IMG/VR virus record: IMGVR_UViG_3300042291_000844
Coordinates: 128,001-192,000 of that record
Strand: one strand, 5' to 3'
Source: a virus
Lineage: Duplodnaviria; Caudoviricetes
DNA length: 64,000 nt
The notes under the pieces are model-generated. The model ran no database searches. It worked only from the letters and a program-made list of their open reading frames with translations, and was not told where the DNA came from. Position numbers and translations under genes: made by a program. Position 1 is the stretch's first letter; every line of letters starts with the position of its first letter. This document shows positions 1 to 9,796 of this stretch, one piece after another.

Positions 1-1110
1 ACCATCCTCATCTTCTTTATAGTAAAGAGATTCTACCTTACCGAACTTATCAACTGCTCCAACAAAATCCACAACTAAACAATTTTGTTTATTATCGTGA
101 ATACGAGTTCCTCTCCCCACAAACTGATACCACCACGAAATTGATGCAGTAGGTCGACCTGTGATTAAACAATCTAATTCTGGATAATCAAATCCAACGG
201 TCAATACATTCACCTGAACAATAACTCTAATTTTTTGATTACGAAATTCTTCAATGATTCGATTACGTTCTCCGGTTGGAGTTTCTCCATGTACTACTGC
301 TGCAGATGGAATCTTTCCTGCTAATTGGGTTGCTTGTTCAATGGTTGGTACTGCAATTAATATTGATTTTCTATCTTGTAGTTCTCTAACTTTCTTTACA
401 ATTTTATCTTGTAGGTTTTGATTCTCATATGCACGTGCAATGGAATCATTTGTATATTCAGCACCAGATGAATTATATACTAATGCTCCGGTATCAAAAT
501 CATACGATTGATATTCTAATGGAGTCCAAAACCCCATCTTTACAATTTCTTCAATTTGAGAAACGTGAATGATATGTTTAAAAAATGTTCCGTGTTTAGA
601 CCGATTCGTTAACATTACCAATTTAGAATATGGACCAGTCTCACCCATATTGGTTTGTAGTTTAAGTGGAGTTGCAGTTAAACCCAATACGTGAGTTGCC
701 TTCATTCCATCTATAAACTTTCTTAGTTGACCATTCTTATCTCTTGGATATCTATCACACTCATCTATAATAACTTTGGTAATTCCTAATTCTCTGAACT
801 TCCAAGCAATGTTTATGATAGAACCGATTGTTGCATAAGTAATATCACCAATCTCTTTCTCACCCATTGATGCAGAATAGATTGATGCCTTACCACCTAA
901 GTTAATAAGTTTATTGTAGTTTTGTTCTAATAATTCTTTTGAAGGTTGAATAACCAATACCTTTTCGTTAATACCCTTTGCGATATAGGCAATAACAATT
1001 GACTTACCGAATGCAGTAGGTGCAACGATAATTGATGGTGCCATTTTTGGTGTATTAAAAAACTCAATACCAATAGCAACTGGTTCTAACTGATAATCTC
1101 TTAATTTCAT
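1..1110 (-). CDS. SF2 DExD/H helicase (RadD/YejH/UvsW-like), truncated by window edge
   Basis: Manual translation MKLRDYQLEP...APTAFGKS (Walker A)...IIDECD (Walker B); frame open to position 1; absent from ORF track. Confidence 0.85.
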   Translation of the reverse strand, partial: MKLRDYQLEPVAIGIEFFNTPKMAPSIIVAPTAFGKSIVIAYIAKGINEKVLVIQPSKELLEQNYNKLINLGGKASIYSASMGEKEIGDITYATIGSIINIAWKFRELGITKVIIDECDRYPRDKNGQLRKFIDGMKATHVLGLTATPLKLQTNMGETGPYSKLVMLTNRSKHGTFFKHIIHVSQIEEIVKMGFWTPLEYQSYDFDTGALVYNSSGAEYTNDSIARAYENQNLQDKIVKKVRELQDRKSILIAVPTIEQATQLAGKIPSAAVVHGETPTGERNRIIEEFRNQKIRVIVQVNVLTVGFDYPELDCLITGRPTASISWWYQFVGRGTRIHDNKQNCLVVDFVGAVDKFGKVESLYYKEDEDG

Positions 1111-1230
1111 CTAAAAAAATAATTCAGTCAAAATTATACCCAATAGAGTAAGGATTCCTCCAACTACTGCTATTGATGTGAAATTTTCTGAATCTTCAAC
1201 CTGTTGTTTTGTTTTTCCTTGATTTTCCAT
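1111..1230 (-). CDS. 39-aa small membrane protein
   Basis: MENQGKTKQQVEDSENFTSIAVVGGILTLLGIILTELFF; fills the gap between neighbours exactly. Confidence 0.5.
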   Translation of the reverse strand: MENQGKTKQQVEDSENFTSIAVVGGILTLLGIILTELFF

Positions 1231-1231
1231 A

Positions 1232-2125
1232 TTATTTTATAAAAGGTAATATTGCTAATTCTTTTGCTTTGGCCTCAACCATAATATCTACATTGTTACC
1301 ATATGTGTTAGGTAATGAATTAATATAAAGTGAATGGGCTTGTGGTTTTTCTTTTGGGTTATTTTCGTGTAATGCTTTTGATTCTGAGTAATGTACTACC
1401 GGGGTAATATCCTTTGGCCAAGTTGTGATTGCTAACTCTAACGCTTGTTGTTCTGATAAATCACCAGTACAAAATTGGTGGTGGTGATAATCAAAAACAA
1501 TAGGAATACCGATTGCATTATGGACATACATAAGGTCTTTAACCGAATACATAGATGTCTTGTCATCATTCTCAATTGTTAACCGCTTACGAACCGATGG
1601 GGAGAGTCTTTTGAAGTTAGTGATAAATCTATCTAATGCAGATTTTTTATCTCCGTAAACACCATTACAATGGATATTAATCTTATTATAAGGAGTTTTA
1701 GATAATCCCATCATATCGAATATCTTACCATGCAATTCTAAATCAGCAAGTGTTTTTAATACAACTGATTCGTTGGGTGAAACCAATACGTTGAATGGAC
1801 CAGGATGTGATGTAATACGCATATTATGGAATTTAGCAAAAAGACCAGCTTTTTTTAATTCCCACTTAATCTCTTTGTAATCTTTTAATTGAGTGATATC
1901 AATATGGTCGCCCCACGGGATAAGAGCAGATGATAAACGAAATAATTTAATTCCGTTCATTCTATTCCATTCTAAAATCTTAATAATATCTTTGGAGTTA
2001 AGTAGAGCTAGTTCGGAAACATAATCCATACCTTTGGCTTGGAATGTCCGGTTAACCATACTTCGGTTAGTGGTTACTTTCTTACCCATACTCATATTAA
2101 TACAAGCATATCCTAAATTCATCAT
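1232..2125 (-). CDS. uvsE: UV damage endonuclease (UvsE/UvdE family)
   Basis: LGYACIN, FRLSS, HPGPFNVL, INIH, IENDD, FDYHHH motifs. Confidence 0.95.
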   Translation of the reverse strand: MMNLGYACINMSMGKKVTTNRSMVNRTFQAKGMDYVSELALLNSKDIIKILEWNRMNGIKLFRLSSALIPWGDHIDITQLKDYKEIKWELKKAGLFAKFHNMRITSHPGPFNVLVSPNESVVLKTLADLELHGKIFDMMGLSKTPYNKINIHCNGVYGDKKSALDRFITNFKRLSPSVRKRLTIENDDKTSMYSVKDLMYVHNAIGIPIVFDYHHHQFCTGDLSEQQALELAITTWPKDITPVVHYSESKALHENNPKEKPQAHSLYINSLPNTYGNNVDIMVEAKAKELAILPFIK

Positions 2126-2147
2126 TCTAATACAATTTGTTGTTATA

Positions 2148-2179
2148 CAAATATACGAAATATATCTGATAATACCAAA
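2148..2179 (-). promoter_or_regulatory. Bacteroidota-type sigma70 promoter
   Basis: TTTG-N20-TATATTTG upstream of uvsE. Confidence 0.8.
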
Positions 2180-2578
2180 TTATTTATCATATAATTTATT
2201 TATTATATGGGTTGAGCTGAAGCCTTCCATCTTAGGGAAATATACGATTTCACCTACATATTCACTTCCTACAATTCGTTTACTCCTATATTCTTCTCCA
2301 ATAACCATAATGGCCGGTCTCATTGTTTTAAGGTGGGTTTCTAATTGTTCATCGGAATCAAATATTACAACTCTATCAACATATTTAATAGCTTCTAATA
2401 AGGTGATTCTACTTACAATATTATTTATAGGTCGTTGTTCTCCTTTTAATTCAGTAACCCTCTTATCACCATCAACCCCAACAACTAGGAAATCACCTAA
2501 TTCAGCTGCCCTCTTTAATAGTTGAATATGTCCTAAATGAACAATATCAAACGTACCATTTACCCAAACTTTTATCAT
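2180..2578 (-). CDS. Cytidylyltransferase-family nucleotidyltransferase (RfaE/HldE domain II-like)
   Basis: GTFDIVHLGH (HxGH), R..LLEAIKYVD, FSST. Confidence 0.9.
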   Translation of the reverse strand: MIKVWVNGTFDIVHLGHIQLLKRAAELGDFLVVGVDGDKRVTELKGEQRPINNIVSRITLLEAIKYVDRVVIFDSDEQLETHLKTMRPAIMVIGEEYRSKRIVGSEYVGEIVYFPKMEGFSSTHIINKLYDK

Positions 2579-2976
2579 AACAAATCATTTGGTGTTTTTC
2601 TATAAATTCGATATGAATCCGAATCAAAGTGTTCCGTACTTACCTCATATACAACTCCCTTTTCTTGTAAGGAAGTAAGTTGGTGAGGTGTTCCCTTTTC
2701 AATATAAACTGAATCACCTTCATTTAGGATTTCTTTTTTTATTATACCGATTTTGGTATCAATCCATTGGAACTCAAATCTTCCGTCTTGAATATACCAC
2801 GATTCGTTTTTAAGCATATGATAGTGCATTGAAAACTTATCACCCTTTTCTGCAAACACTAAGAGTTTGCCACAATATTGTGCATCGTTATGAACCCATA
2901 GTTCGTATCCCCACGACTTTTGTACTTTTGTTGGTCTTGTTATTATCATACTGCGAAAGATTCTCCACATCCACAT
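2575..2976 (-). CDS. Cupin, mannose-6-phosphate isomerase type II-like (true start probably MIITRP)
   Basis: KSWGYE, FSMHYH..KNESW, PHQL, EVST. Confidence 0.8.
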   Translation of the reverse strand: MWMWRIFRSMIITRPTKVQKSWGYELWVHNDAQYCGKLLVFAEKGDKFSMHYHMLKNESWYIQDGRFEFQWIDTKIGIIKKEILNEGDSVYIEKGTPHQLTSLQEKGVVYEVSTEHFDSDSYRIYRKTPNDLL

Positions 2977-3269
2977 GTACGGGATGCATTTGGGTTTATA
3001 AATTCAAATCCCTTACCATTCAATCCATCTGAGAAATTTAATTCTGTTCCGAAAAGATATAATAATGATTTGTTGTCTACTAAAATTTTTACTCCTTTAT
3101 CTTCGGCCAGAGTATCACCTGTGTGTTGGTCGGTATCAAATGAAAGGTCATATGCTAATCCACTACATCCACCCCCCTTAACGGATACTCTGACGTAGGG
3201 AGTTTTAAATCCACTTTCTTCAATAAGTGAACTTAGTTTCTTAGCTGCTGTTTCTGATACTGTTACCAT
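2946..3269 (-). CDS. iscA: Fe-S cluster assembly A-type carrier (IscA/HesB)
   Basis: GGGCSG and C-terminal TCGCGESF. Confidence 0.95.
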   Translation of the reverse strand: MVTVSETAAKKLSSLIEESGFKTPYVRVSVKGGGCSGLAYDLSFDTDQHTGDTLAEDKGVKILVDNKSLLYLFGTELNFSDGLNGKGFEFINPNASRTCGCGESFAV

Positions 3270-3271
3270 TG

Positions 3272-4474
3272 TTAATAAGTTTTAGTTTCGAAATCAGTTG
3301 GATATTGAGATGGTTTTATATATTTAATCCAATAGTTAACTGCGTTTTGGTCATTTATCCATTTTGATTTATCAACCCAATCAAACCCAATTACTGCGTA
3401 GTAAGGTTTATAATCTCTAATTATTTGTGCTCTATTTGGATGGGCAACGACTTCATCTATCAACCCATCTCCATCCGTATCATATCCATCTACTTTACCA
3501 TCACCATCGTAATCAATTGGTCTCTTTGAATAATCAGGTTGTAAATTAGATAATTCATCATTAGAGTTATCTACCAATGGATTATCAAATGGTGGTTCAT
3601 ATAATCCTGTTTGTTGATTATTTTCCACCATATCACCTAAAATATCTTCCTTTGTAGAATTTTTTCCACTATCTTTGTATATTTTATAATTTTTTTCTAC
3701 TAAGGGTTCTTTCTCGCCATACATATTTTTCTTACCAATCAATCCGTTGAATGCAATGATAAGTGCAACTGCAAGTGGGTCAAACACAAATACTATAATG
3801 AATATAAAAAATTTAACAACGGAGTTAAGTGGTACGTTAAACGCTTCTGCCACAAAACGAAATCCACCAACTTCTTTTTCTAATTCAATATTATTGTTTT
3901 TAATAACATTTATAGAATCTAACGCTGCGTTATTTTTTATAGTTAATTCATCAATTCGTTTTGATATAGAAGTAATTTCTTTATCTGCAGAACGAATCAT
4001 CTGAGATACTCTAGATGTAGATGTGTTCTTATCAATTTGTTTAGATAAGTTACTTTCTTGTGAATTACGGATATTTTGTTGATTAGTTAATTGAGTGGTG
4101 TATCGTAATATCTCCCCATCATTCTTAGTGATTTGAGTTTGATAGACCGCAATATCCCTGTCTACTTTTTGTAATCCTAAATTTTGTTGTTGGAAAGCAT
4201 TAGAAAGATATCCAAAAATACCGGCAGAGGTAATCAACATAAGTATACCTACGGCACTTGTTAGATACCATTTATTAAACCCACTAATATCTTCCCACTT
4301 TTGTTTTAGATAAGTAGCAGCAACCAATTTAGCAAATTCTAATGAACCCGCCATTACCATTACTGCCGTTGATGCTCCAGCAAATAAAACACCCAATCCC
4401 GTTACTGAAAAGTACGCAGCACATCCAGCAACGATTACTGCTGATAATCCGACTAAATACTTTAACCAATTCAT
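3272..4474 (-). CDS. Membrane protein with coiled coil and DxDxDG Ca-binding-like loops
   Basis: 3 N-terminal TM segments, long coiled coil, one further TM, DYDGDGKVDGYDTDGDGLID. Confidence 0.7.
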   Translation of the reverse strand: MNWLKYLVGLSAVIVAGCAAYFSVTGLGVLFAGASTAVMVMAGSLEFAKLVAATYLKQKWEDISGFNKWYLTSAVGILMLITSAGIFGYLSNAFQQQNLGLQKVDRDIAVYQTQITKNDGEILRYTTQLTNQQNIRNSQESNLSKQIDKNTSTSRVSQMIRSADKEITSISKRIDELTIKNNAALDSINVIKNNNIELEKEVGGFRFVAEAFNVPLNSVVKFFIFIIVFVFDPLAVALIIAFNGLIGKKNMYGEKEPLVEKNYKIYKDSGKNSTKEDILGDMVENNQQTGLYEPPFDNPLVDNSNDELSNLQPDYSKRPIDYDGDGKVDGYDTDGDGLIDEVVAHPNRAQIIRDYKPYYAVIGFDWVDKSKWINDQNAVNYWIKYIKPSQYPTDFETKTY

Positions 4475-4475
4475 T

Positions 4476-4655
4476 TTACGATAAATCTACGATGTTTGTT
4501 GTTAGTTCTACTAATTTTTCAATTTCATTTGATAACTTAACGGCTTCTGCTTGATTAGCAGGGCGTTCACCCTTTAACATTTCTGCGATAACTTTAGCTC
4601 TTTTAGTAATTGCTTCTAAATTTTCTTGAGCTCTCATTTTGTATTCTGGTTTCAT
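4476..4655 (-). CDS. 59-aa hypothetical helical protein
   Basis: MKPEYKMRAQENLEAITKRAKV...VDLS; preceded by ATATTTATAG motif; not in ORF track. Confidence 0.6.
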   Translation of the reverse strand: MKPEYKMRAQENLEAITKRAKVIAEMLKGERPANQAEAVKLSNEIEKLVELTTNIVDLS

Positions 4656-4677
4656 AATTTGTATTTAAATGTACACC

Positions 4678-4686
4678 TATAAATAT
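4678..4686 (-). promoter_or_regulatory. Candidate phage late-promoter motif ATATTTATA
   Basis: Recurs in sense orientation before genes lacking the host-type promoter. Confidence 0.5.
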
Positions 4687-4737
4687 GTCGGATATAAAAA
4701 AGAGGTAATTTTATATATTTATATATTACTAAATTGG

Positions 4738-5382
4738 TTATATTAGGGATTTTGAAAATGGAATGGTATTACTTTCATTTTTAATAAATTCTGAGTAGGG
4801 TTTCCAATCTATTCCCCTTTGAATGTATTGTAACTCTGCATTACATCTACTTTCAATATCAACATTACTTATATCTATTGTTTTAGAATAGTGTCCGGTC
4901 ATCCACCAAAAATTACCAGAGTACATTATATTTGTAGGATTACTTACTGTTTCTAATAAAACACCATAGGTATTAAACGTATTGCTATTTAAAACATTAA
5001 ATACATTATCAATATACTGAATATTGTATAATTGCATCACATTTCTCCATCGGATGGATTCGGAATCCATTTGTTTGGTTACTCCCTTTGTGTGTAGGTA
5101 AAAAATATAATCATTATTATTAAATGATTGTTTATCTTTTTCTATTAAATTTAATGTTACAAATTCATTACCCATTAATTTAATATCACCAATTATAATT
5201 TTTGAATCATATTCATAAATTAATTTGATTATATCATCTACTGAATTATTATTTTCTGATATTGAGATACCAATAGTTAATGAGTATGGTTGATTAATAT
5301 ATTTTTTTATTAATGCAAGTTGTTCATGTATTATAGATTCAACCCCCTCTATTGCATAGATGTGATAATATATCCGTATCAT
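4738..5382 (-). CDS. Hypothetical, glycosyltransferase-like phage protein
   Basis: YYHIY, FYLHTKG, YSGNFWW, R..AE motifs; ends KSLI. Confidence 0.6.
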   Translation of the reverse strand: MIRIYYHIYAIEGVESIIHEQLALIKKYINQPYSLTIGISISENNNSVDDIIKLIYEYDSKIIIGDIKLMGNEFVTLNLIEKDKQSFNNNDYIFYLHTKGVTKQMDSESIRWRNVMQLYNIQYIDNVFNVLNSNTFNTYGVLLETVSNPTNIMYSGNFWWMTGHYSKTIDISNVDIESRCNAELQYIQRGIDWKPYSEFIKNESNTIPFSKSLI

Positions 5383-6425
5383 ATTAAATTCGTATGGGTA
5401 GTATCAATAAATTCGTATAGGTTATGAAATAGATTTGTATTTCTACCTATCTTATTAAATTCTTTTTTAAATAATTCATGTTCTGGGTGATTAGAATCCC
5501 AAACTTGTTTTAATTTAAATTCCGCTTCAGAAAATGTTCCCCAATTAGTTATTTTACCAAAAAAAACATTTACCTTTTTGCCAAAAATAGAATACATTAT
5601 ATTATAAAAGGTTTCCATTTCCATATAGTTACTATCTTGAACAACAAACGAAGTTTTTACCCATTGTAGTGTTTTTATTGTAGAAATAAAATTTAAATTA
5701 TTTATTAAGGTATCCCATTTACCACCCAATCTTGTTTTGTTTTCATATGTATCACGTGTTCCCGCATCTATTGATATTTCGCAACTTGTTACATACTTAT
5801 GAACATTTGGCATACTATCCCACATTTCCTTTGTCCACATTGAGGCATTAGTATGTAAATGTATTCTTGTTAGTTTTGGATATTTTTTTGGATTAAAATT
5901 TTTTAAATAATTTCTAAACCCAACCGAAACGAATGGGTCACCCGTACCTGTAATATATAAAGTTTTTACGTTTGCTGAATAATGGGTATCAATTTCATCT
6001 ATTGTTTTTTCAATTCGTTCTATGCCTTTACTACTTTCAACAATTAAATCTACCCTACACGATGGACATTTATAATTACAAGTCCTATCAAAATTCATTA
6101 AAATTCTGGTCGGTGTAGTCGGTTCAACAATTGGAGTTGTATACTTTGAATTTGATTTTAATGTAATTGGACCGGATACATCTCCATATTTTAATAATCT
6201 ACTTAAATATGGACACAATTCTTTGTTACAATATTTAAACGAACCATCTAAAATAGAATTTCTAATATCTAAAATAGGTTCACTATTAAAAGCATCTTTT
6301 AATGGAATTTCATTAAGTTTAATTTCGTTTGGTAACCACGATGGACAACAAACAAAACCAACATTATTATGTATTTCTAATGATGTAAACGGAACACTAC
6401 AACTATATTGTTTTAAATCTATCAC
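5379..6425 (-). CDS. Radical SAM protein with N-terminal SPASM/twitch-like Cys cluster
   Basis: CNYKCPSC (CxxxCxxC), TGTGDPF, ISIDAG, N-terminal C..P...CC...C...CP; ends TNLI. Confidence 0.9.
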   Translation of the reverse strand: MIDLKQYSCSVPFTSLEIHNNVGFVCCPSWLPNEIKLNEIPLKDAFNSEPILDIRNSILDGSFKYCNKELCPYLSRLLKYGDVSGPITLKSNSKYTTPIVEPTTPTRILMNFDRTCNYKCPSCRVDLIVESSKGIERIEKTIDEIDTHYSANVKTLYITGTGDPFVSVGFRNYLKNFNPKKYPKLTRIHLHTNASMWTKEMWDSMPNVHKYVTSCEISIDAGTRDTYENKTRLGGKWDTLINNLNFISTIKTLQWVKTSFVVQDSNYMEMETFYNIMYSIFGKKVNVFFGKITNWGTFSEAEFKLKQVWDSNHPEHELFKKEFNKIGRNTNLFHNLYEFIDTTHTNLI

Positions 6426-7078
6426 TATATCAATCCATTTATTTTTTTATCTAATCTTACTTTTTTGTAAGGCGAATTAATCCATTCATCAATACAAAAT
6501 TGATTATATTTTATCTTACAATATTCATTTAAACGTTTTATCGTTTCAATATCTTTATCAACAAATATATCTTCATAATAAAATAATGGGTATCCTTTAT
6601 TCGAGATAGATTTCAGAATCAGAGATTGGGATTCTAAATGACTAGTTAATCCTACTATATGATGTTCATCTAATTCATTTAAATCATAATACTTAGGTTT
6701 ATGCCAGTATGGAGAAACTGTTCTATTTTTTGATAATCTAATATGATAAACCAACGATTCGGCTTGTAATCGTTTATCCTTTCTTTCTAATACTATTATT
6801 TTATCAAAAAAAGAATAGAACCAATCCCAATATTCTTCTACATTTTTAAAAGATTCATATGGATAATTATCACTATCTATAAATGTTTTTAATAATACAT
6901 TTTTTTTATTTGTTATAGTATCATATGTTTTTAGTTTGTCGTCTCTATCCGGATTTATAAAATTAAATGGTTCAAAAAAAGTATTATATTTTTTGTGTTC
7001 TTTAGTTAAACAACAATTTAAATAATAAAATATTGAGGTGGAGCCACTCCTACCATTACACACAATTGCAATCCTCAT
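6425..7078 (-). CDS. Sulfotransferase-like P-loop protein
   Basis: GRSGSTS, FFEPFN, LERKD..QAES, YYED; ends NGLI. Confidence 0.7.
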   Translation of the reverse strand: MRIAIVCNGRSGSTSIFYYLNCCLTKEHKKYNTFFEPFNFINPDRDDKLKTYDTITNKKNVLLKTFIDSDNYPYESFKNVEEYWDWFYSFFDKIIVLERKDKRLQAESLVYHIRLSKNRTVSPYWHKPKYYDLNELDEHHIVGLTSHLESQSLILKSISNKGYPLFYYEDIFVDKDIETIKRLNEYCKIKYNQFCIDEWINSPYKKVRLDKKINGLI

Positions 7079-7593
7079 ATAATATTAAATTTTGACTGTT
7101 TTTTTGAAAACCATATAACTAAAACATCTCTCTTACCTGATGTTACTTTTTTAATTTCATGTATATCTTTTCCACCATTAAATACAACATAATCTCCTTC
7201 ATTTTTTAACGATACGCTTTCATCATTTATATACATTTCGCCACCTGTAAAATCGGATGACAATAAAATACTGACGGTCTTGTGTGTTGTAAATCTATCT
7301 TTATGTTTTTTAGCATAACCATTTTCACCATATATTAATCTATGCATTATGTATAAATTATCAATAGGTTCTTCAAATTTATTACAAATAAATTTATTTA
7401 AATTTTTATTTTCTAAAGTATAAACCCAACTATTATCTGGAAAAAGAGAGACACCATCATCTTTTTTAAGATGTGTGGCAAAATATAATTGAGGATGGGA
7501 TGCTTTTATATATGCTAAATCATCTTCATTCATTATTCGGGTAGTATCTAATTCAGATTTTAAAAAACCTAAATCATCGATTGATAGTTTCAT
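7075..7593 (-). CDS. 2OG-Fe(II) oxygenase
   Basis: HKD...FTGGE...H..KKV.SGKR; ends FNII. Confidence 0.85.
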   Translation of the reverse strand: MKLSIDDLGFLKSELDTTRIMNEDDLAYIKASHPQLYFATHLKKDDGVSLFPDNSWVYTLENKNLNKFICNKFEEPIDNLYIMHRLIYGENGYAKKHKDRFTTHKTVSILLSSDFTGGEMYINDESVSLKNEGDYVVFNGGKDIHEIKKVTSGKRDVLVIWFSKKQSKFNII

Positions 7594-8222
7594 ATGATTT
7601 TATTTATTTTATTCTTAAATTCTACAATTGGTTCATCTACATTTAAAAATTTATGTAATTTAATATAAAAATCATAACAACCTCGTGCACCAGGATGCCA
7701 ATCTATTACATCGCCACCTTCATCTGCAATAGAAGTTACTTTTATTAATTCTACAAACTTTTTTGTTTTTTCATAAAAATCATCGTTCCAGGTCACAAAA
7801 ATTGGTTCATATTTTTTATAAAAATATTTTAATTTTTTAATAAATAATATTTCAGAATCCCTATCCCCATTATACCAATGTTCAGTTTCTTTGACCCTTA
7901 GTTCTAATAGTTTTTTAGCAAACGATTTATCACTATACCATTCCCAATTTAAATATTTTAAGTTGTGATTTGTATCTCTTTCCCCAAAATATCTTCGTGG
8001 GAATCTACCGGGTGCAGTAAAGACTATAACTAATCTATCACCTTCTACATAATTTGGTATATTTCCAGTTTGATATAATATAGAATTATTATCAGACCCA
8101 AATTTTCCCAATTTAATAATATTATAATGATTAGATAAATAGTCTGTCCAGTGTGTTTCTGGTAAATCCCAATCTACAAAACTATCACCACAAATGTATA
8201 TGTTATTTTTTTTGGTTAACAT
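7590..8222 (-). CDS. SGNH/GDSL-like hydrolase or acyltransferase
   Basis: GDSF, G..N, DWHP; ends NKII. Confidence 0.75.
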   Translation of the reverse strand: MLTKKNNIYICGDSFVDWDLPETHWTDYLSNHYNIIKLGKFGSDNNSILYQTGNIPNYVEGDRLVIVFTAPGRFPRRYFGERDTNHNLKYLNWEWYSDKSFAKKLLELRVKETEHWYNGDRDSEILFIKKLKYFYKKYEPIFVTWNDDFYEKTKKFVELIKVTSIADEGGDVIDWHPGARGCYDFYIKLHKFLNVDEPIVEFKNKINKII

Positions 8223-8788
8223 TATATAATAGTTTTATTTGATTTTAATTTAGGATAATCAAAATCAGTTTCTGTCATCCAAATATTTAATGCGTACCTT
8301 ATCCCGTTGGTTACCGGTAAAACCCCATGGTATGTATCAGACCCATTAAATGAAATACTATCACCTAATTTTAAATCACACAATGTCAGACCAGTTAGTG
8401 TTTCAAAATCATAAGGAGGATTCACATCTTCAGTTAAAGCAAATTGTCCACCGATAAAATTATCAGAAAGAACAATTACTGTAGTTAATTCGCTTGATTT
8501 ATCCTTATGTAGATTAAGATATCTACCATCATAATATGAAGTTAGACTGATATTAAAATTCTTTAAATTAAATGATAGGTAATCAAACCATAATTTAAAG
8601 TTTCCGTTTTTATAATTATCGGTTAATAAATTAATTATTCTTTTTTTAAATTCTTCATCATACATTCTTCTACAATCCCAATGTTCGGTTGAACTATATG
8701 AAAAGGGTTCACCAAATTTAAGACAAAAATTAATTATATCGTTGGCGGTTTCTCTATTACAAAAATTATTATTTATGGTATAATTCAT
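8222..8788 (-). CDS. 2OG-Fe(II) oxygenase (prolyl-4-hydroxylase-like)
   Basis: LHKD, FIGGQ, YHGVLPV..GIRYALNIW; ends KTII. Confidence 0.85.
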   Translation of the reverse strand: MNYTINNNFCNRETANDIINFCLKFGEPFSYSSTEHWDCRRMYDEEFKKRIINLLTDNYKNGNFKLWFDYLSFNLKNFNISLTSYYDGRYLNLHKDKSSELTTVIVLSDNFIGGQFALTEDVNPPYDFETLTGLTLCDLKLGDSISFNGSDTYHGVLPVTNGIRYALNIWMTETDFDYPKLKSNKTII

Positions 8789-9606
8789 AATAGATGTGAT
8801 TTTTTTGGTTTATTATATACTAATAAATTGCCGTTATTTATAAATTTATATAATTCATCGGCAATTAATTTATATCCATTATTGCTTGGATGTTTACCTG
8901 CTGTAGTACTTATCCAATTATTACCATCCTCCCATACATCTTTTCTATTAGTATCAATTAATAAGTTTGCCATTGTTTTATTTTGATAACCCCAATATTT
9001 ATCACTCTCTATTAAATCGGTTTTATCAACTAACTTATGGATATTTCTATTAATCATTATATCAAACGCGTCACAAAAAAGATATCTGATTCCTAATTCT
9101 TTAAATATAAATTGAAGATGTAAAATATAGTTTTGATTCACTATATCATAGTAAGTATCATTGAATAAATTACCTATGTAATAATCTCTAAAATTTTTCT
9201 CCGCCCTATTATAGTTTATATTATCACTATTAACTCCATCAAAAATATATTTTAAAAGGTGTTCTTTACTTTTATATCGTTTGCCCCAAATAAAAAAATC
9301 ATCTTCAGTAGGGAAAAAAGGTAATGAATCCCGTAAAGATGATGACCACATAATAACAACAAAATCATCTTGAGTGATGATTTCGTTTTTTAATTGATAC
9401 GATACTGCGTTAAATATTGCATTATTTGAAAATGCCCCAACTCCATTATTTTTAACTTCACATTTTAATAGTTCTGATAAGTGTTTAGGCCAACAATATT
9501 TTTGTCTTATTAGTGTTCTTTGTTCAAAATCATCCGTACTATATTCATCTTCAACATTTCCACCAACCCCCTCAGTCCAACTATCTCCAAATGTAAACAA
9601 TTTCAT
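8785..9606 (-). CDS. SGNH/GDSL-like hydrolase or acyltransferase
   Basis: FGDSWTEG, G..N..I, KHPS..GY; ends SHLL. Confidence 0.8.
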   Translation of the reverse strand: MKLFTFGDSWTEGVGGNVEDEYSTDDFEQRTLIRQKYCWPKHLSELLKCEVKNNGVGAFSNNAIFNAVSYQLKNEIITQDDFVVIMWSSSLRDSLPFFPTEDDFFIWGKRYKSKEHLLKYIFDGVNSDNINYNRAEKNFRDYYIGNLFNDTYYDIVNQNYILHLQFIFKELGIRYLFCDAFDIMINRNIHKLVDKTDLIESDKYWGYQNKTMANLLIDTNRKDVWEDGNNWISTTAGKHPSNNGYKLIADELYKFINNGNLLVYNKPKKSHLL

Positions 9607-9617
9607 AATGCATAATA

Positions 9618-9761
9618 TTAAAGATGTGTTTCTTTAATTTTAGCTACAAGTTCTTGAAATGCAGTTGATATTTTTGTTTTTACAACGGTCGATAATGGAG
9701 CAATAACTGTCTTAATAACTGTTAATGGTCTTTCTTCTCTAATTTTTGGTGTCTTTGCCAT
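9618..9761 (-). CDS. 47-aa basic amphipathic peptide
   Basis: MAKTPKIREERPLTVIKTVIAPLSTVVKTKISTAFQELVAKIKETHL; not in ORF track. Confidence 0.6.
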   Translation of the reverse strand: MAKTPKIREERPLTVIKTVIAPLSTVVKTKISTAFQELVAKIKETHL

Positions 9762-9796
9762 AATATTTTTTTATTTTAATTTAAATTATATACTAA

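Noticed and set aside
4678-4686. T4 late promoter TATAAATA on the plus strand
   Set aside because: Points away from the downstream genes; the 38561 copy shows the sense motif is ATATTTATA.
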